DNA from: Candidatus Kaiserbacteria bacterium
GTDB lineage: Bacteria > Patescibacteriota > Minisyncoccia > Phycocordibacterales > UBA2100
DNA length: 64,000 nt
Reading direction: 5' to 3'
NCBI GenBank assembly: GCA_016186695.1
Contig: JACPLC010000002.1
Span: 31,335 to 95,334 of the forward strand
Position numbers and translations under genes: made by a program. Of the stretch, positions 27,625 through 36,023 are shown one piece after another; positions within the stretch are counted from its first letter, which is position 1; every line of letters begins with the position of its first letter. The notes beneath the pieces are model-generated. The model saw only the letters and a list, made by a program, of their open reading frames with translations, was not told where the DNA came from and made no database searches.

Positions 27625-30600
27625 TTATGGGCCAGATTTCGACTTTCCGGCTGCTCGTTGAATCAGTGCGTTGAGCTGTGCGCGTATTACATTGATTCTT
27701 GCTTGTATGGCCGCGATTTGTGCCGCAAAAGAGTTACTGGAAACAGAGCCGCCTGAACTGGAACCTCCTTGAGCAGATTGCTGAGATTCAGATGGCCGGG
27801 TCGATTGTTGTTGTGCCGGTCGGTTGTTGCCGCTTCCACCTCCCGAAGAGCTAGGTGGTGGCGAGGATAACGGCGTGCCGGAGATAACTGCCTGTGCAAT
27901 TTGTTGGGGCGTGAGGTTTCCAGAATCAAGGTTGCGACATTCATGCTTTGCACAATATACATCTATTCCTGCAAGCGTAATGCCGGCAACATTTATAAGA
28001 GCGCCATATCCCGTCCACCCATAGAGATATGATGCGGCAGATCCCACAGCAAACAATGATAAATCGACATTTCTCTGTGCTTTATCGGCTTGTATTTCAG
28101 CAGTGCTTTCGTACGAAGAAACAACCCATGCATCATCCACTGATCTCGCTGTCTGCACACCGCTTACGCCTTCGAGAATCGGATAGAAGTAAGTTTCGAT
28201 TCCGGCTCTAGTAATTGTAAGTAGACCACTCGGATCCGAATTCGATATTGGGTTGTCTCCAGCATATGAATAACTATTTAACAGTTGCGGATTTGCGAGT
28301 AGCGTCCTGGCCGGTTTGCCCATGAGTCGCTCGATGTTTGGCGTTCCGATGGCAAGATGTAGAGGGTCTTGACTAAGGAATTGTCCGCGTTCTCCGTCAT
28401 AGTACCTAGCGTTTAGGTATGACAGACCACTTCCTTCGTCGAAGAATTGTCCAATGAATTCTCTGTTGGAGATATCTGTGCCGGAGTCGATTCTTGTACT
28501 GCCATACGGATAGTAGTCGAGCGTCTGCATCACGGCAGTGTTGTTTGCATTGGAGACGATGTTCGTGCTCCCCAGATGATCTGGATGTATATACCGCACT
28601 TCCGCGGTTCCCGTTGCACTGCCGTTCGTGAAGGCCTGATCTATCGTCGAAAGCAACGTATCACTGCTGAATATATACTCGGTCGTGGTCGCGTAGTTAG
28701 TCCCACTTCTCGTGCTTGACGCCACCGAGTACCATTTACTCGCATACGTCGTTGTTGCCGTCGTCGACGCTATCTGATACACCCTCGCCCCGAAGGCGTC
28801 GTAGCCGTAGGTTGTGGTCGAATTGTTGACGCCGAGTGCTGTCAGCCTATTCGCATAGTCCCACAGATACGTTGTCGTCACATTGTCTGTGGTCTTTTGA
28901 GAAAGGTTTCCATTATTGTCATATGAATACGTTGTCGTTGAGACGCCATTTGAAATTTCAGTTACAGCATGGGGATTGGCATAGCTCGTGCCAGAGTAGG
29001 CATACGTGCTGGAGGCCGTCCCGTTCCAGAGAGCCAACATACTCCCGAGCGTGTCGTATTCATACTGCTGCTTGTATGGCAGAGAGTCCGCGGCGGTCGT
29101 CGATGCTTGCAGCAACCTATTCAACGCATCGTACGAGAACACCGTCGTCGCGCTTGAGCTCGCCGCAGCAGGATTCGCGAGCTGTGTGATGTTGCCCGCG
29201 GGATCGTACGTGTATGAGAAATCCTGGACGTTGGAGCTGTTCGCCAATGTTTTTAGGTTCGTCAATCTGTACAGGGCATCGGCGTTGTAGGTGCGCGTGG
29301 TCGAGGCGCCGCTTCCGAAGACTGTCGTGATGGATTGACTCGTCGGCGCATACGTGAGGCTGCTCACGATGTCGCTGAACGATCCGCCTGAAGGTTTGCG
29401 CTGTATTCTGCTCGGCAATCCGGCGTTGTTGTAGCCCACGGTGACGGCTGTGCTGTTCGGGTATGTCCACGAGGTAACATTGCCCTGCCGGTCATACGAG
29501 TATTGCATGTTGTATGCATTGTTTAAGATCGTGGTTGTTGCGGAAAGAATGCGGCCGAGTATGTCGTAGCTATTCGTCGACGTCGCGGACGTCGATGAGG
29601 CGGAGCAAAGGTAGCCGATGCCGTTGGTACAGCTGTCATAGACGAGGGTGACTTCGGTGCCGGAGGCTCCCGTGTAGTTCTCGGTCAGCATGCGGTTGAG
29701 GGCGTCGTATGTGCGGTTCACTGTTTGAGCCTTCGGATCAGTTTGGGACGTGAGATTGCCCTGATGATCGTAGGTGTACGACCAGATGCCGAAGGTCGTG
29801 TCGGTGGCGTTGTGCAGGTCTTGCGCCGAGAGACGCCTGCCGAGGCCATCGTACGTGAAGCCGCGGACATTGCTCCTGCTGTCGGTCGTCGTTGCGAGAT
29901 TATTCTGCACGTCGTACGAATGCGTCGTCGTGGCGAAGACCGGTACCGTTCTCACCTGATTGCCGACACGCGCTTCCACCGCTACCTCGATCCAGTCGCT
30001 GTTCGTGGTATGTGTCCAACCGAGCGATTGAGCGCTGGATGTTGACGTTTTCAGAACGCTCGCGCCATGAGAGAAGTTGTTGGAGCATTGGTTGGTCAGT
30101 TGTTGTATTTGAGGCGAGTTTGCAGTCAGAGTCTGGCTCAAGTTGTACCAGAGATTGTCATCCACGATCGAATTATCACTTTGTGTGGTAATCGAGATTG
30201 AAGGATCGCCCGTTGTGCCGGTATTGAACTTCATTGCCCCGATTGGGTTCACGGTGTCCGTTCCGGTGTACGAGACGGCCGAAACGTACCCACCGCTATT
30301 CGGAGAAAACGTGACAACAACGTTGTTTGAGCCGCTCGTGGGATTAGTTAGGTACCACGTTCCGACTCCTCCTGTTGAAGTGGCGAATGTCATGTCGACG
30401 CCGGCGTACTTCACGGTTGATACAAAGGGAGAATCTATCTGAACAAGTAGCAGCGTCGACGTGGCGCTGACAGTCTTTGAGAGCTCTACAGAGGCCACCG
30501 ATGAGCACATGACAGTATTAGCGGGGCCGTTCGTCCCGGTTTCGATCGATATCGAGGTACCCACCGCTGTCGTCGTCGCGGCGTACAACCCCCGTTCGAC

Positions 30601-33600
30601 GACAGTCGCGAGATTGCCGAATGCGTCATACCAATACACTTTTGTGTTGCCGTTCGGATCGGTCGCCGTCGTTGTCCATTTCGCGTACGAGTTGGTTTTG
30701 GTGCCGACGGCGTTTGCTTCAGACGTGAGACGCTTTAGTGGGTCGTAGAGGTAGTTCGTATAGAGAGCCGTGGTAGCAGTTGGCGTCGTATACGCCGTGC
30801 TAGAGGATGAGTATGGAAGAGTGGACGAAGCGAGAAGTCCCACCTGACTATACTTTCGATCTGTGACGAGGAAGATATTGGAGTCGGGCGATTCTTTGCG
30901 CTCTTGGAACAACCGATTGAATCCATCGAAATACTGGTATGTGTCCACTGTGTTTCCCGGAAAGAGCCAATCGCTTCGCTGAATCGAGCTGGGAGTCGTC
31001 GTGCTGTCGATGTACGTGTAGACAGTGGTCGTCGCGTACGTTGAAGGCGTCGATGTCGAAGACACGTCTACTTCTTTGAGACGCCCGACTCCATCGAATA
31101 CGTTTTTCATCAGTGACTCGTTCGGGTCGTTCTTCCATCGTACTTTTCCGTTTGCATAGTTGTATAGAAGTTGCGTCTTCTGGAGTAGCGCATTCGTGGA
31201 CGTGGCAACGTACAAGTTGTTTGCATCGTAGACATACGACGTTGCGTTGCCATTGCGATCCGTCGAGGTTGCGACAAGGCCGTACGAATTATGCGTCTTG
31301 GTGGAGCTCGCATACATGGTGCCGCTGATCCAGTCTTCCTGCTTCGTGTTGTTGCCGACGTTTACCGACCCGAACGCGAGCGAGTCGTAGTAGAACTTTT
31401 GATCCGTGCTCGTCGCACCGTTGTAGTCGAGGAGCGTCTTTTGGGTAGGTACACTCATGTTCACTGTGCTGCTCGCTGCGTATGATATGTTCGTCGTGCG
31501 TTTGTCCGTTCCACTGTCGGTGAATTCGGCACTGTCCGTATTGCCGCTGACCTCTCCGTACTCGATAGTTTGGATCAGGTCATTCGTAGTCGAGGAGTAA
31601 TGGTAGTCGATCGCTTTGTCGCGGTGGGTGCCGTCCGAGGCATAATCCAGCGTCACCTGCCTACCGAGCCCTATGAACGTGCTATCGCCGTGCTCAACCG
31701 TGTCCCACCGATAGAGCGCGCGCTGTTTGAGATTGTTGGAAGTATCGGAAACGTCTTTGCGCGTAGGTCGGCCGATGCGGGCGAGCGAGTTCTGCCCGTA
31801 GTGTGTCGTGACGATCGAATCGGGATTCGTTACTGTCACCGGTGAAAAGCCGGCGAACCGCCTGTCGCGCACCGTCGTGTTGTACCAGTGCCCGTTCGAG
31901 TATGAATACGTCGTTGTCGCATAGTTGCCGAGACCATCATGGGTCACTGTCGTACTTGCGGCAAGCACTCTGATCGCCGACCCGGGATTCCCGGCCATCT
32001 TGTATGCGATCGCGATGCCGCCGCCTTTGGGATTCGTAACGTTCGTAATCACATCCTGTTGCATTTGCCCGTTGCCATAGAAGTTCACGAACTCGTTGTA
32101 TGCGATCGTGCTCGTTCCCGCGTTGCAGGTTGCTATGTACGCGGGCAATGTGTACCTCGTGCTTGTCGCCCAACCGCTGCCGGTATTGAGGTATACGGCC
32201 TTTACGTCCGCGACTTCGGTGCCGACGCATCCTCCGCCTGATGCGCCGAGGTACGAGCGGACGAGATCCGTGAGACCGTCACCATTCATATCCATGAAGC
32301 GGATACCACGGTCGTAGTAATTGCCGTTCGATAGGTACGTTGTTGATGTGGCGAATGTCCAGTGCGAATCGGGGACGCTGTTCCACCCGCTGCCATTGTT
32401 CAGTAACACATACGTACTGCTTGCGGCGGAATAGACCCAGTCGTCGAGGTTGTCGCCGTTGATATCAACGAGTTGCGACGCGGTTTCCGTGGGCGCAGTC
32501 GAGGGGAACGATTTCGCTGCGGGAAATACCGTTACCGTGCGGTCCCACGCGGATCCGTTGCCGAGGTACGTGGACGTGGCGAGTTCATTGGTGAGCGCCG
32601 TGAGGTAGTCGGGCAAGCCATCGCCGTTCACGTCTCCGAAGAGGCCGCCAGTGAGGTAGAGGCCGCCACTCGTCTTTTTCGCGAAGGTGGGAATGTTTCC
32701 CGTGTAGCTCGTTGACGTTGCCGACCAGCCATACGTGTCAGTGGTAGTCGAATATTGGTTGTTGTAGATGGCGTAATCAGAGGTGCCGGCAGAATCGTCG
32801 ATCCATCCACGCACCGCGTCTGCTTTTCCGTCGCCGTTGATGTCGAGATAGCGCACGCCACGCTCCAGAGGCACCTGATTCGGATATCCCGTACTTGCCC
32901 AGTACTCGGGAGGCGCGTGGCTCGCGTCCGGCACGGCAATAGCGCTTGCCTCGTTGTCGTGCCACATGAAGCCATTGCCCGTCCCGGGCATGAAGAGATT
33001 CACGTCGTTGATCCCGTTGCCGTCGGTGTCTGCGACTGCGTAGTCTGCTCCGTCCACGTTCTGTATCGCCGGTCCGAAGTATTGGGTGGATGAGCTCGCA
33101 TAACTGAATGTCATCGCAGGGAGCGTAACGAGTGTATTGTTGTCGTCGTAGCCCTGCTGCACGATGCTTGTGAGGAGAGAACGAAGGCTGTTGTTTCCAG
33201 TCCCATACCCCAGGAGATACTTTCTGACTGTCGATCCGTTCACTGAAGCATCGATTTCATAAATTCTTTTAGTTGTGGTCGCGGAAAATCCGGATGCGTA
33301 GCTGATGCGAGCGTCGGGCCGCGTCGTCGTTGCAAACGTGATCGTGAACGGCCCGTCGGTCGAGCCCTTACCTGTGTATGTGATCGTATCGGGGTATAGA
33401 GTATTATTATCTCTTAAATATGTGTACTCGATGTAGTTGTCGTTTGTGTCGCGGATCTCTTGGAGCATCCAGCGGTAGGTGTTCGTCGACGTGCCGGTGC
33501 CCGTGTCGTACATCCTGCCGGAATCATCGGAGCCGAACGTGTATCGCGTTCCTCTTTTGTCGTACATCGTCCACGAGGTGGTGGCGAAGGTGTACACGTT

Positions 33601-34707
33601 GAACGACCCGTCATCGACCTTTGCGAGGTACGTACCGGCACTTCCCGAGCTCGCGCTTGGCGCCTTCACCTCTACCGCTATCTCGATCCAAGCGCCGTCA
33701 CCAGCCGAATGTGTCCATCCGAGCGATTGAAGGCCGGAGGATGTCGTCTTCAAGACGCTCGCGCCATGGGAGAAGTTGCCCGAGCAGCTGTCGGTGAGCT
33801 GCTGTATCTGGGGCGAGTTCGCAGTCAATGTTTGAGTCCCATCGTAAAAGACTTGGTCGTCCACTGCCGAGTAGTTGCTCTCCGTCGTGATCAGTACCGA
33901 CGTATTGCCGGTGGAGCCTGTGTTGTACGCCATCGCGCCGATCGGATCCGACGTGTCGGTTCCAGTGTACGAGACGGCAGAAACGTACCCGCCGCTGCTT
34001 TGCGAAAGGTTGACAACCAGATCATTCGTTCCACTCGTCGGGTTTGCGAGATACCATGTCTCAACTCCGCCAGTTGAAGTGGCACGCGTCGTGTTTACAC
34101 CGGCGTACGTCACGCTGGAAATGAAAGGGGTGTCGATGTGCGCAATTAGAAGAGTCGAGGTTGAACTTACAGACTTTGATAGTGAAAATGGGTCCGATGA
34201 CGGCGTGCATCGCATAACTTTCGTCGGTCCATTTGAGTTGGTTTCGATCGAGATGGTTGCCGTTGTCGTTGCTCCGCTTGACGTTGAGCTTGCAACGAGC
34301 TCGCCATCAATCGACGAGGTGAAGTATGGAATCGTGCCGTATAGTTCCTGCGAACCAATCTTGTTGAGGCGTTCGATGTATGGAATGGAAAGCTCCCACC
34401 CGTAGCCGACGATTCCATCTCTCGTGCGCTGGCTGTTGTAATCGAGTGCGATATCCGGTTGGAGGCCGTTACGGCCGGGAAGAATGTCGAGAGGGACGCG
34501 CTGCGTAAATGCTCCGGTGGACCCGTCTATCTTCGGATCCTCCGTTACTGCTGAAAATACCGACGCATTCGGGACTGTTGGCGATCCGTCGCCGAATGCC
34601 GCGAATGCGAGACCAGCCGGTGATATCGAAAAAAGGGAAACAACAAAAACCGCCAGTACGCGGGTGATGCGCCGCAATTCCGCGCCAACGAGATTTCGGC
34701 TTTTCAT
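27625..34707 (-). CDS. Giant Rhs-family polymorphic toxin with TcB-TcC-fusion-like architecture (SpvB-like N-domain, FG-GAP/VCBS repeats, YD/RHS repeats, RHS core, variable C-terminal toxin)
   Basis: About 2360 aa from MKSRNLVG.. (ATG 34707, signal peptide follows; the maximal ORF runs to 34776). SpvB-like ..VPLDILPGRNGLQPDIALDYNSQRTRDGIVGYGWELSIPYIER. FG-GAP/VCBS motifs (DTDGNGINDV, LDINGDGKADAV, GDVNGDGLPDYL, VDINGDNLDDWV, MDMNGDGLTDLV). Dozens of YD repeats (YxYDxxGNL..). Core end ..YYDGERGQFLSQDPLHL..(41 aa)..DPSGL, followed by a 198-aa tail. Confidence 0.85.
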   Translation of the reverse strand: MKSRNLVGAELRRITRVLAVFVVSLFSISPAGLAFAAFGDGSPTVPNASVFSAVTEDPKIDGSTGAFTQRVPLDILPGRNGLQPDIALDYNSQRTRDGIVGYGWELSIPYIERLNKIGSQELYGTIPYFTSSIDGELVASSTSSGATTTATISIETNSNGPTKVMRCTPSSDPFSLSKSVSSTSTLLIAHIDTPFISSVTYAGVNTTRATSTGGVETWYLANPTSGTNDLVVNLSQSSGGYVSAVSYTGTDTSDPIGAMAYNTGSTGNTSVLITTESNYSAVDDQVFYDGTQTLTANSPQIQQLTDSCSGNFSHGASVLKTTSSGLQSLGWTHSAGDGAWIEIAVEVKAPSASSGSAGTYLAKVDDGSFNVYTFATTSWTMYDKRGTRYTFGSDDSGRMYDTGTGTSTNTYRWMLQEIRDTNDNYIEYTYLRDNNTLYPDTITYTGKGSTDGPFTITFATTTRPDARISYASGFSATTTKRIYEIDASVNGSTVRKYLLGYGTGNNSLRSLLTSIVQQGYDDNNTLVTLPAMTFSYASSSTQYFGPAIQNVDGADYAVADTDGNGINDVNLFMPGTGNGFMWHDNEASAIAVPDASHAPPEYWASTGYPNQVPLERGVRYLDINGDGKADAVRGWIDDSAGTSDYAIYNNQYSTTTDTYGWSATSTSYTGNIPTFAKKTSGGLYLTGGLFGDVNGDGLPDYLTALTNELATSTYLGNGSAWDRTVTVFPAAKSFPSTAPTETASQLVDINGDNLDDWVYSAASSTYVLLNNGSGWNSVPDSHWTFATSTTYLSNGNYYDRGIRFMDMNGDGLTDLVRSYLGASGGGCVGTEVADVKAVYLNTGSGWATSTRYTLPAYIATCNAGTSTIAYNEFVNFYGNGQMQQDVITNVTNPKGGGIAIAYKMAGNPGSAIRVLAASTTVTHDGLGNYATTTYSYSNGHWYNTTVRDRRFAGFSPVTVTNPDSIVTTHYGQNSLARIGRPTRKDVSDTSNNLKQRALYRWDTVEHGDSTFIGLGRQVTLDYASDGTHRDKAIDYHYSSTTNDLIQTIEYGEVSGNTDSAEFTDSGTDKRTTNISYAASSTVNMSVPTQKTLLDYNGATSTDQKFYYDSLAFGSVNVGNNTKQEDWISGTMYASSTKTHNSYGLVATSTDRNGNATSYVYDANNLYVATSTNALLQKTQLLYNYANGKVRWKNDPNESLMKNVFDGVGRLKEVDVSSTSTPSTYATTTVYTYIDSTTTPSSIQRSDWLFPGNTVDTYQYFDGFNRLFQERKESPDSNIFLVTDRKYSQVGLLASSTLPYSSSSTAYTTPTATTALYTNYLYDPLKRLTSEANAVGTKTNSYAKWTTTATDPNGNTKVYWYDAFGNLATVVERGLYAATTTAVGTSISIETGTNGPANTVMCSSVASVELSKTVSATSTLLLVQIDSPFVSTVKYAGVDMTFATSTGGVGTWYLTNPTSGSNNVVVTFSPNSGGYVSAVSYTGTDTVNPIGAMKFNTGTTGDPSISITTQSDNSIVDDNLWYNLSQTLTANSPQIQQLTNQCSNNFSHGASVLKTSTSSAQSLGWTHTTNSDWIEVAVEARVGNQVRTVPVFATTTHSYDVQNNLATTTDSRSNVRGFTYDGLGRRLSAQDLHNATDTTFGIWSYTYDHQGNLTSQTDPKAQTVNRTYDALNRMLTENYTGASGTEVTLVYDSCTNGIGYLCSASSTSATSTNSYDILGRILSATTTILNNAYNMQYSYDRQGNVTSWTYPNSTAVTVGYNNAGLPSRIQRKPSGGSFSDIVSSLTYAPTSQSITTVFGSGASTTRTYNADALYRLTNLKTLANSSNVQDFSYTYDPAGNITQLANPAAASSSATTVFSYDALNRLLQASTTAADSLPYKQQYEYDTLGSMLALWNGTASSTYAYSGTSYANPHAVTEISNGVSTTTYSYDNNGNLSQKTTDNVTTTYLWDYANRLTALGVNNSTTTYGYDAFGARVYQIASTTATTTYASKWYSVASSTRSGTNYATTTEYIFSSDTLLSTIDQAFTNGSATGTAEVRYIHPDHLGSTNIVSNANNTAVMQTLDYYPYGSTRIDSGTDISNREFIGQFFDEGSGLSYLNARYYDGERGQFLSQDPLHLAIGTPNIERLMGKPARTLLANPQLLNSYSYAGDNPISNSDPSGLLTITRAGIETYFYPILEGVSGVQTARSVDDAWVVSSYESTAEIQADKAQRNVDLSLFAVGSAASYLYGWTGYGALINVAGITLAGIDVYCAKHECRNLDSGNLTPQQIAQAVISGTPLSSPPPSSSGGGSGNNRPAQQQSTRPSESQQSAQGGSSSGGSVSSNSFAAQIAAIQARINVIRAQLNALIQRAAGKSKSGP
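28804..29280 (-). repeat. Segment of the main rhs gene that is duplicated as the displaced fragment at 26875-27351
   Basis: Shared protein stretch on the sense strand. Shared antisense ORF peptides (..LPSVSYSYCCLYGRESAAVV.., ..RIHTAACMAESP..) appear at both loci with a 1929-bp offset. Confidence 0.55.
29953..30555 (-). repeat. Intragenic duplicated ~200-aa domain, copy 2 (inserted within the RHS-repeat region)
   Basis: ..ISIETGTNGPANTVMCSSVASVELSKTVSATSTLLLVQIDSPFVSTVKYAGV..SGGYVSAVSYTGTDTVNPIGAM..TLTANSPQIQQLTNQCSNNFSHGASVLKT..SLGWTH..WIEVAVEA. About 65% identical to copy 1, offset 3708 bp. Confidence 0.6.
33661..34263 (-). repeat. Intragenic duplicated ~200-aa domain, copy 1 (rhs N-terminal region)
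   Basis: ..ISIETNSNGPTKVMRCTPSSDPFSLSKSVSSTSTLLIAHIDTPFISSVTYAGV..SGGYVSAVSYTGTDTSDPIGAM..TLTANSPQIQQLTDSCSGNFSHGASVLKT..SLGWTH..WIEIAVEV. Mirrored by homologous antisense ORFs at 33875-34405 and 30143-30442. Confidence 0.6.
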
Positions 34708-34776
34708 GAAAGATCTTTCTACGCGCGCGAGTATATAACGACTTCTCGAGCCGTGATTTGAGAAAATCGAGCCCAT

Positions 34777-35054
34777 TTTCTTTATTTCTGTTAATTACCT
34801 GTGAATTGCAAATTCAGAACTTGGCGAGAGCAAAATCGGGCAATTTGGAATTCTTCCAGATCGTGTGCGACGAGATGAAGTCTCGGCTGGCCGAGATGTA
34901 CTTAGGGTGCAAAAACTGAAATGAGACAAAGTTGCTGTGCATAGGCGCGCTGGTTTTCCACAGGACTTGCCTTAGCGGTATTTCAATGTTTTGTCTGGAA
35001 AAACAACATTCTATAAAGCGGGCTTCGGTCTACGTGCTATCATTCGCCCGTTTT
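34777..35054. promoter_or_regulatory. AT-rich divergent intergenic region between rhs (minus) and the methyltransferase gene (plus)
   Basis: Markedly lower GC than the flanks. ttatatact lies about 20 nt upstream of the rhs ATG on the minus strand. No coding potential with homology. Confidence 0.3.
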
Positions 35055-36005
35055 ATGGACAAGCCCGCTGTGTGCTCATTGTGTAAAGCAGCAAGCCCGC
35101 GTGCGACCGGTCGCACGCATACAGATGGTCTGCAGTACACGCAATATAGTTGTGCCTCGTGCGGCGTGCAGTTTTGGTGGCCCCTGAAAAATCCGGGCTC
35201 CGCGTGGTATAGCGCGCACGCGACGTATGGCGCACGCAACCACGATCCGGTTTGGGGGCCGACGTGGAACCATAAGAAGACGCTTCGATTATTGAGCGAT
35301 CAGCAGGGAAGGGTGCTCGATGTGGGCTGCGGCATCGGCAACTTTCTCGAGCTTGCTGTGAGCCGCGGATGGGAGTGTGCAGGCATCGACATCGATCCTG
35401 ATGCCATCGAAGCCACAAGACAAAAGACGGGCATAGCCGATCTCGAAGTCGTCGACGTCGTATCGTACGCCAAACAACATCCGGAAAAGAAATTTGATCT
35501 CGTGACCTTTTTCGATGTGCTCGAGCACATCGACAATCACAACGAATTTATCGAGTCGGTTAAGAGTCTTTTAAAACCGGACGGATACGTCGCGATGAGC
35601 ATGCCCTACCGTGAACACGCGCCATGGCTCATGAAGGGCGATCTTCCTCCCGCGCACCTGACGAATTGGGACCGCACATCGCTCAAGCGTTTTCTGGAAG
35701 CGCGCGGCTTCGAGGTCGTCTACCTCCGGCGCGGCGCGGCCGAGCTCTGGACGCTCGTTATGAAAATGCGCTTCAAGTATGGAAAGAATCTTTCGTTCGA
35801 TGCGGTGCGCGCGGTACGAAGATCTGTCGGCGATACACAAGTGCGGCAAGGCAAGCGGCCGCTCCTTGTGCGTATCGTCCACGCGCTTGCGAAGGTGAAA
35901 GACGCGGTGCTCTTTGGCATTCCTGCAATAGTTGTCTGGCTCTACATGCTTCCGTCGCGCCGTCGCTACTACGACCTCTTTGCCGTTGCTCGCAAACGTT
36001 CGTAG
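35055..36005 (+). CDS. Class I SAM-dependent methyltransferase with an N-terminal zinc-ribbon (CxxC..CxxC)
   Basis: MDKPAVCSLCK..YSCASCGV (zinc ribbon); ..RVLDVGCGIGNFLELAV.. (motif I); ..FDLVTFFDVLEHIDNHNEFIESVKSLLKPDGYVAMSMP.. The maximal ORF starts at 34932. Confidence 0.65.
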   Translation: MDKPAVCSLCKAASPRATGRTHTDGLQYTQYSCASCGVQFWWPLKNPGSAWYSAHATYGARNHDPVWGPTWNHKKTLRLLSDQQGRVLDVGCGIGNFLELAVSRGWECAGIDIDPDAIEATRQKTGIADLEVVDVVSYAKQHPEKKFDLVTFFDVLEHIDNHNEFIESVKSLLKPDGYVAMSMPYREHAPWLMKGDLPPAHLTNWDRTSLKRFLEARGFEVVYLRRGAAELWTLVMKMRFKYGKNLSFDAVRAVRRSVGDTQVRQGKRPLLVRIVHALAKVKDAVLFGIPAIVVWLYMLPSRRRYYDLFAVARKRS

Positions 36006-36023
36006 GGTAGAGTAATCATATTC

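Noticed and set aside
34708-34776. Upstream in-frame start (MGSIFSNHGSRSRYILARVERSF..) for the rhs gene
   Set aside because: The second Met (34707) is immediately followed by a typical signal peptide (KSRNLVGAELRRITRVLAVFVVSLFSISPAGLAFAA) and preceded by a -10-like element. The 23 extra residues have no signal-peptide character. The maximal ORF is kept as an alternative.
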